From: an uncultured delta proteobacterium
GTDB lineage: Bacteria; Desulfobacterota; Binatia; Binatales; Binataceae
Direction of reading: 5' to 3'
Length of the DNA: 24,000 bases
Assembly (NCBI GenBank): GCA_963794325.1
Contig: CAWCDG010000004.1
Span: 398,413-422,412 of the forward strand
The notes under the pieces were generated by a model that was not told the origin of the DNA, ran no database searches, and saw nothing but the letters and a program-made list of their open reading frames with translations. The position numbers and the translations under genes are program-made. Positions 16,248-24,000 of the stretch are shown piece after piece. Position 1 is the stretch's first letter. Each line of letters starts with the position of its first letter.

Positions 16248-18745
16248 ATGCGCAACATTAAGCTTCAGCTGATCGTCGGGCTCGTCATTCTGTGTACGGA
16301 GACCTCGGTTGCACTCGCATGCGCGTTCGTCTTCCCGTGGCAACTGCTCGACAACCGGGAAGAGACGCTCGATAAAATGCCGGTCGAGGAACACAGTTTT
16401 GCGTGGGCCGAGGCGCACGCTTTCCCCTCGTCCAAAGACAAACTGATCGCTGTAGACGAACGAAGACTCGGACGAACCGGAGGCGGTGACTCACGCGGAG
16501 GTCACCGGACTGTCTTCCGATCAGGCCGAGGTCGTGCGCCAAATGCGGCTGGAGACTACCGGCGATAGTGCATTCAATAGAGGCGCAATGCTGCCCGCGT
16601 CCGTTCGGCTCTATACGGCCGGCGCTGTCGATTTTCACAAGAAATGATTCGGCCAAAGCGATCAGACGATTCAAGGCGATCCTCGACCTGCCCGCGAGCG
16701 AGCGCCGCGACCGCGAGGTTTGGGCTGCCTACATGCTCGGCCGGCTTTACGGCCGCAAGGGAGAAATTGGGGAAGCGTCCAAGTCATTCGCATTGACGCG
16801 CGAGTTGGTGAACAACGGTGCGCCCGACCCGCTGGGCCTCGGCGTTGCGAGCTTCGGAGAGGAAGCTCGGCTTCATCTCAAGCGCGCGCAAGCCTTGCAA
16901 AAGGTCGAGAAGATGTCTGCGAAGCAGCGGAGAGAAAACGACCATGAAATCATCGCTGCGGTCAGGCTCTATGCCAAACAGGCTGCCCACGGCTCGACCA
17001 TTGGCATCGACTCGCTGCGGGAGGTGATAGATGAGGTGCTCGGTTACGATTCCGATGGCGCGATTTGCGATCCGATTGTTCAGCGGTTGTTGGTGACGCG
17101 AACGCTCAATGCCGATACTTTGCCTGACAGCGATCGCACCCCATCCACTTCCCAGATCTCGGGGCTGGTCAGGTCGGTACAGAAGTGCGGCTCCAGCAAT
17201 CTCATCGATGCCGACCGGTTGGCTGCCATCGCATATCGCGACGGTGACTACCAGCTCGCGCATACTCTCGCGACTCAGATGACGACCCCGCTCGCCATGT
17301 GGGTGCAGGCAAGACTGCAAATGCAAAAGGGAGACGTTGGCGAAGCCGCAAAATATTACGCGGCGGCATCAAAGGCGTTTCCGCCTTCCGGCGACGCGAG
17401 TGAAGCCGATCAACGGGCCCAGGCGCTGCTGGTCGGAGAGAATGGCGTCCTGACGCTGTCGCGCGGGGAATATGTCGACGCTCTAGAACAGCTCTATCCT
17501 TACGCGGCCACATTCTGGGGCGATGTCGCGTACATCGCGGAACGGGTGCTCACCGTCGATGAGCTCAAGACCTTCGTCGATACTCATAGGAACACGCAAT
17601 TCAACCCCTCCGTTTCGCTCGATAACCTAGCTCTGATTCCCGACAAACCGACAGACTCGACGCCTGGAGATAGCGAGAATGATAGCCATCCTGCTGATTG
17701 GTTGCCGAACCTTCTGGCGCGACGGCTCGTGCGCGCCGGACGCTATCGGGAAGCGTTGAATTATGTCCCGGCCCTCGAAGTGAAGTCTTCCACCGCGGCC
17801 GCGATTTCCAGTCCTGCGGCCATGCCAACAGTATCGGCCTCTACCACCGCCCCGTTTGCGGTTACAGTTGGGCAGACTCAGTTCATTCCAGAAAGCGTTG
17901 TAGCTACGAAGCCCAAGCGGCAAAAGCATTGGCATAAGCACCTGGTTCGCGAAAGTATTTTCGAAGTGCCGGAGGACGCAATCGCCGAATATATTCAAGG
18001 GTTGAATGACGCGAATACCGCTCGCTCCAATGTTGATCGCGCTCGAGGCTGGTACCGAGCCGCGATGTTGGCCGGCAATTTCAAAGCAGGCAATAAAATC
18101 ATGGGTACCGAGGGGGAGCCGGATTACTACATGCAACCGTATATTGGGGAGGGCACCGGCCAACGCGAGCTTCACGACGACGATCGATTCGTGACCGACG
18201 GTGAGCGCCGGCGCTTCAAGGCTAGCGCGCCGAAGCCGAATTTGCGCTATCACTACATATTCGTCGGCGCCGATGAGGCGATCCGCGCGGCCGCTTTGCT
18301 TCCTCCGCGATCGCAGGCATTCGCTGCGGTCTTGTGTCATGCAACTTCGTGGATGACCGACGGGGAATCGTGTCCTGCCAACGCCGCCGGCCTGCGCACG
18401 TCACCTACCGCGTACGCCTCGGAGGCGGCGGGCATAGCCAACCCGCTCACTGTGGACGCGTTGTGGCCTGACGAGAGTGCCGCCCGCATCAATCTCACTT
18501 GCCAGCTATATCAGCGGTACCTGAAAGAGGGCGCGGTCGTGCCTTTGGCGACGGATTTTGGACAGGATTGCCCCGAACCGGATTTCGCCAGCGCCGTTCA
18601 GTTTGTGCAGGTGCAGACAATCCGCGAAGCCCGCCGACAGAGTCGGATAGTCCGCCACCGCTGGATTGTTCTCGTAAAGCTTCTATTGGTCGCTCTATGC
18701 CTCGCCGCGAGCACCTGGTGGTTCTTGCGGCACCGCTACGTTTGA
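16248..18745 (+). pseudogene. ~830-codon gene for a signal-peptide, TPR-like, C-terminally TM-anchored protein, split by frame disruptions near 16461 and 16642
   Basis: Piece 1 runs from ATG 16248, with AGGTGG 6 nt upstream: MRNIKLQLIVGLVILCTETSVALA...LIAVDE. Piece 2 is in the next frame: EDSDEPEAVTHAEVTGLSSDQAEVVRQMRLETTGDSAFNRGAMLPASVRLYTAGAVDFHK. Piece 3 is in the next frame again and is track ORF 16568..18745: NDSAKAIRRFKAILDLPASE... ending in the hydrophobic helix IVLVKLLLVALCLAASTWWFL. In each case the out-of-frame continuation is Arg/Gly-rich junk. Confidence 0.55.
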
Positions 18746-18874
18746 AAATCTCAGCAATTCCGCGGGTGCAAACACTGGCGCGACCCTTAATCGTGCTTAG
18801 ATTTATCCCTGCGTATCGGTTTGAAAAAATGAACAAGCGACACAAGCATCCTCAGGACGGAAATCCCGGTATGG

Positions 18875-19447
18875 ATGGTGAATTCGACCCGGCCAACGCC
18901 GGGCCTGAGTCAGAGCAGGGCAGCGACGTCGGAATCGCTGCGGGCGCAGCTCGCCGAGAAAGACAAGGAAATCGCCGAGCTGAAGGACAAGTATCTTCGC
19001 ACGCTCGCCGAGTCGGAAAATGCGCGCAAGCGAATCCGCCAGCAGAGCGAGGAATCGATACGCATCCAGCGCGAGGCGATTCTCCGCGACCTGCTTCCGA
19101 TCATCGACAACCTCGAACGCGCGCTGGCGGCTGCTCGCAGTGGCACCGACGCCAAGACGATCGTCGATGGCGTCGAGATGACGGTGCGTGCGCTGATCGA
19201 TTTTCTCCGCGCACAAGGCGTCACGCCGCTGAATTCGGTCGGACAGTCGTTCGATCCAAATCGGCATGAGGCAGTCGATCACGTGGCGTCCGAGGCGCAT
19301 CCGCCGAACACGGTCGTCGATGAATTCCATCGCGGGTATCTGATTGGCGAGCGAGTTTTGCGGCCGGCGCGCGTATCGGTCGCGAAGGGAAATCGGAACC
19401 GATTCCGGAAAGCGAAACGGAGGCGAAACCGATTCCTCCGACGTTGA
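18875..19447 (+). CDS. grpE: Nucleotide exchange factor GrpE
   Basis: LKDKYLRTLAESENARKRIRQQ...LLPIIDNLERAL...GVTPLNSVGQSFDPNRHEAV...GYLIGERVLRPARVSV is canonical GrpE. The N-terminus is uncertain (see findings). Confidence 0.88.
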   Translation: MVNSTRPTPGLSQSRAATSESLRAQLAEKDKEIAELKDKYLRTLAESENARKRIRQQSEESIRIQREAILRDLLPIIDNLERALAAARSGTDAKTIVDGVEMTVRALIDFLRAQGVTPLNSVGQSFDPNRHEAVDHVASEAHPPNTVVDEFHRGYLIGERVLRPARVSVAKGNRNRFRKAKRRRNRFLRR

Positions 19448-19506
19448 AAATAACTGAACCGTGGTTATCTGTATCTTAAGTTTTATATCAGGGGACCTCT
19501 AGAAAC

Positions 19507-21450
<1,944 letters not shown>

Positions 21451-21455
21451 CAATC

Positions 21456-21480
21456 GAAGGGGCCGCGCAAGCGGCCCTTC
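21456..21480 (+). terminator. GC-rich hairpin between dnaK and dnaJ (possible partial terminator/attenuator)
   Basis: gaaggggccgc-gcaa-gcggcccttc with a one-base bulge, 6 nt after the dnaK stop. It is followed only by ttctcgtatc, which is a poor U-tract. Confidence 0.35.
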
Positions 21481-21535
21481 TCGTATCGCCAGCGCAATGG
21501 CGTCCTCGCCGACGTTCGCATAGAATCTCTGCGCG

Positions 21536-22672
21536 ATGCCGTCTGCACAAAAACGCGATTACTACGAAGTCCTCGGCGTCAATCGCGGCGCCGGCGAAAC
21601 TGAGCTGAAGAAAGCCTACCGCACTCTCGCGATTCAGTTTCATCCCGATCGCAATCCCGGCAACAAGGATGCCGAGGAGCGCTTCAAGGAACTCAACGAG
21701 GCCTACCAGGTCCTGTCGGATCCTGAGCGGCGGGCACAGTACGATCGTTTTGGGCATGCGGCGTTCCAGGGACCGCAGGGTGGTCCGGGCGGCTTCGGCG
21801 GTTTCGATTTCAGCCAGGGCTTCGAGGAAGTCTTCTCCGATATTTTTGGCGATTTCTTCGGCACCGGCCGCGGGCGATCGCGTTCGCGCACCCGGCGCGG
21901 CGACGACCTGCGTTACGATCTCGAAATAGAATTCGAGGAAGCGGCGCGCGGAATCGAGAAGGTCGTAAAGTTCCAGCGCCTCACCCAGTGCGAAGCCTGC
22001 AACGGAACGCGAGCGCGCGGCGGCTCCAGTGGCGCACGCCAGTGCCCCAATTGCCGCGGCAGCGGCCAGGTCCGTACCCAGCAAGGATTTTTTTCGATCT
22101 CGACGACCTGCGGGCAATGCCGCGGCGAGGGCATGATCATCTCCGACCCATGCCCCAAGTGCCAGGGTCAGGGACGTATCCGCAAGGCTGAATCGCTGGC
22201 GGTGAAGATTCCGCCGGGCGTCGACAACGGCTCGCGTCTGAAGCTGCGCGGCGAAGGCGAAGCCGGCTACGGCGGCGGACCGCAAGGCGATCTCTACGTC
22301 GTCATCCACGTCAAGGAGCACGAGATGTTCGTGCGCCAGGACAACGACGTGATAATCGAGGCGCCGATCAGCTTCCCGCAGGCGGCGGTCGGCACCGAGA
22401 TCGAAGTACCGACGCTCGAAGGGAAAGTGAAGCTCAAGATTCCGCCGGGCACACAGTCGGGAAAGATCCTGCGCCTCAAGGGCAAGGGCATCGTCGATCT
22501 GCACGGCTACGGACGCGGCGATCAGCTGATCAAAGTGATCGTCGAGACGCCGCGGAGTCTGACCGCGCGCCAGCGCGAACTGCTCGAGGAATTCGCCAAG
22601 CTCGACGGCAAAGCCGTCAACCATCCGCTCTCCAAGGGCTTCGTGGACAAGCTCAAGGAGATGTTCGGCTAG
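21536..22672 (+). CDS. dnaJ: Molecular chaperone DnaJ (Hsp40, type I)
   Basis: J domain (DYYEVLGV...HPDRNPG), a G/F region, four CxxC zinc-finger repeats ([30 protein letters not shown]) and C-terminal client-binding domains. Confidence 0.97.
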   Translation: MPSAQKRDYYEVLGVNRGAGETELKKAYRTLAIQFHPDRNPGNKDAEERFKELNEAYQVLSDPERRAQYDRFGHAAFQGPQGGPGGFGGFDFSQGFEEVFSDIFGDFFGTGRGRSRSRTRRGDDLRYDLEIEFEEAARGIEKVVKFQRLTQCEACNGTRARGGSSGARQCPNCRGSGQVRTQQGFFSISTTCGQCRGEGMIISDPCPKCQGQGRIRKAESLAVKIPPGVDNGSRLKLRGEGEAGYGGGPQGDLYVVIHVKEHEMFVRQDNDVIIEAPISFPQAAVGTEIEVPTLEGKVKLKIPPGTQSGKILRLKGKGIVDLHGYGRGDQLIKVIVETPRSLTARQRELLEEFAKLDGKAVNHPLSKGFVDKLKEMFG

Positions 22673-22710
22673 CCTCCGTGTACCAACGCCATCCGGCGAA
22701 GGAGAAGCTC

Positions 22711-22920
22711 ATGGCCTGCAATTCGTGTGAAAGCAGCGGAAGATTCCGGGCGAGCTATTGCGACGATTGCGAGCGCTGGACTTTCCACGTCGACAAGCAC
22801 GACCTGCTGATCGCAGCCGGACTCATGGCAGTCGCCGCAGTGATAGTCCTTCAACCGGAGCTACTGTTTGCGCCCGCAGGCATCATGTTCGCGAAACGCG
22901 CAATCGGAGCGCTCGTGTAG
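22711..22920 (+). CDS. Small (69 aa) zinc-ribbon plus single-TM protein
   Basis: ATG 22711 lies within track ORF 22678..22920 and is preceded by GAAGGAG with a 7-nt spacer. The product is MACNSCESSGRFRASYCDDCERW (CxxC-N11-CxxC) followed by the hydrophobic LLIAAGLMAVAAVIVL. The gene starts 38 nt after dnaJ with no intervening terminator. Confidence 0.5.
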   Translation: MACNSCESSGRFRASYCDDCERWTFHVDKHDLLIAAGLMAVAAVIVLQPELLFAPAGIMFAKRAIGALV

Positions 22921-22935
22921 GCAATTCCGCGCCGC

Positions 22936-23346
22936 TCAGCGCGGGACGTGCACCAACTCCAGCTTCAGTCCGTCGGGATCGGTGAAAAACACCGCGTAGT
23001 ATCCCGGCAGGTAGTCATACTCCTTCGGCGGATCGGTGACCTTGCCGCCGTTCGAAGAAATTTTTTCACTCAGCTGGTCTATCTGCTGACGACTCTCTGC
23101 AGCGAACGCGACCTCGCACAGTCCGACGCGATGGCGATGGAACTTGTCGGCGCGAAATTCCGGATCTGAAGGCCGAATCCATAGCGAGCCGTGATCCCCG
23201 AAATAGCCAGTGGTGACATCGGTATTCGGCTGATCGTAGGACATCGCCTTCGGATAGCCGATTTGCGGCATCAGCCACGAGTAGAACTTTTTCGCGGCCG
23301 CATAGTCGTTGACGTTGACGATGATATGGTCGACTCCCGCGCGCAT
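22936..23346 (-). CDS. VOC (glyoxalase / bleomycin-resistance / dioxygenase fold) family protein
   Basis: 136 aa. VDHIIVNVNDYAAAKKFY...HRVGLCEVAFA...YAVFFTDPDGLKLELV is the paired beta-alpha-beta-beta-beta pattern. GGAGGTG lies upstream of the ATG on the minus strand. Confidence 0.75.
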   Translation of the reverse strand: MRAGVDHIIVNVNDYAAAKKFYSWLMPQIGYPKAMSYDQPNTDVTTGYFGDHGSLWIRPSDPEFRADKFHRHRVGLCEVAFAAESRQQIDQLSEKISSNGGKVTDPPKEYDYLPGYYAVFFTDPDGLKLELVHVPR

Positions 23347-23367
23347 AACGACACCTCCGTGCAGTAA

Positions 23368-24000
23368 CTAACTTTGTACGCGGCCCAGCGCGTCGAACAA
23401 AGCTGCGCGCATCACGCCCGCCGGCGGCGCAACCCGATTGAAGAGCTTGAACGCGAGCTCGCCCTGATTCACCAGCATCCCGGCGCCGTCAGCCGCGCGC
23501 CGTCCAGCGGCCAGGGCGGGCTTGATGAACTCGGTCGGCTGAGCCGAATAGATCAGATCATAGAATAAGCAATCATCCGGAGTTGAACTGTAGTCGAGGC
23601 GCGCGAATCGCCCAGTAGTCAGACCCATCGAAGTCGCGTTGACGATCAATCGCGCCTCGGCCAGCAGATCCGAATCAACCAGCGCGTCGAGCCCGCGAGG
23701 CTCGCCCGATGTGCGCGCGCCCTTCGCAGCAAATCGGCGCGCGAGCGATGCTGCGCGCGACGGCGTGCGATTCGCGATCACCACCCGGCTCGCGCCCAGC
23801 CGGATGCATGCGAGAACCGATGATGCTGCGCCGCCACCCGCGCCGATCACGATGGCGAGGCGTCCACGCAGCTCGCATCCGAGATCGCGCAAATCGCGCT
23901 CGAGGCCGCGCGCGTCAGTATTGTCGCCGCGGAGCACGCCGCGCCGATTGACGACGCAATTGACCGCGCCCAGCATGCGCGCCTCTCCAGTGAGATCCTT
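23368..24000 (-). CDS. aroE: Shikimate dehydrogenase (NADP+), N-terminus outside the window
   Basis: GAVNCVV...LRGDNTDARG...VIGAGGGAASSVLAC...VIANRTPSRA fits AroE. The frame stays open upstream of the listed Met to the window edge (KDLTGEARMLGAVN). Confidence 0.85.
   Translation of the reverse strand, partial: KDLTGEARMLGAVNCVVNRRGVLRGDNTDARGLERDLRDLGCELRGRLAIVIGAGGGAASSVLACIRLGASRVVIANRTPSRAASLARRFAAKGARTSGEPRGLDALVDSDLLAEARLIVNATSMGLTTGRFARLDYSSTPDDCLFYDLIYSAQPTEFIKPALAAGRRAADGAGMLVNQGELAFKLFNRVAPPAGVMRAALFDALGRVQS

Noticed and set aside
16636-16650. Possible programmed +1 frameshift at cac aag aaa tga t, because an in-frame TGA sits right at the shift point, superficially like prfB.
   Set aside because: There is no slippery re-pairing: tRNA-Lys moving from AAA to AAU is poor. 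There is no upstream SD-like stimulator. The other two shifts in the same gene pair have no adjacent stop. A simple 1-nt insertion explains all of them.
18499-19269. 256-aa track ORF overlapping grpE in another frame.
   Set aside because: Apart from its segment 18829-18930, which I discuss as a possible original GrpE N-terminus, it is Arg/Gly/Pro-rich off-frame sequence overlapping a conserved gene.
21498-21526. TAGAAT at 21521-21526 as a separate dnaJ promoter.
   Set aside because: The -35 region (tggcgt) is poor, and the TSS would sit only ~3 nt before the dnaJ ATG. Read-through from dnaK past the weak hairpin is the simpler model.
22678-22710. The upstream start (22678) for the small zinc-ribbon ORF.
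   Set aside because: It starts only 5 nt after the dnaJ stop and has no SD, whereas ATG 22711 has a well-spaced GAAGGAG. The extra 11 residues (MYQRHPAKEKL) add nothing recognisable.

Overview
GC-rich bacterial chromosomal segment, roughly 60-65% G+C by eye. No lineage call is possible without a database search. Most of it is recognisable housekeeping. In window order: a 5-prime-truncated D-aminoacylase-family gene, a secreted HEAT-repeat protein, a DUF3108-like protein, an HCCA-isomerase/DsbA-like protein, thpR-recA, a DUF445 membrane protein, a GPH-type MFS transporter, a lipoprotein, a TetR regulator with a ferritin-like diiron protein, a translationally coupled ViaA-like VWA protein with a GNAT acetyltransferase, hrcA, grpE-dnaK-dnaJ, a small zinc-ribbon membrane protein, a VOC/glyoxalase-fold protein and a truncated aroE. 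I found no rRNA, tRNA or CRISPR.

The unusual content is as follows:
1. hrcA is separated from grpE-dnaK-dnaJ by a ~4.2 kb insert. The insert begins with a mosaic of repeat modules and carries two secreted-protein genes of unknown function: a DUF3142-like gene and an ~830-codon TPR-like, C-terminally anchored protein.
2. Both of those genes are broken by single-base frame disruptions that all shift the frame in the same direction.
3. A 232-bp MITE/REPIN-like element with ~65-nt structured inverted arms sits directly after recA. A near-identical solo arm sits directly after hrcA.
4. Other short repeat families occupy gene ends.
5. An AT-rich island full of perfect palindromes, with a TTGACA promoter, lies immediately upstream of a GTG-start TetR gene.

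All family names are from reading the translations, not from searches.
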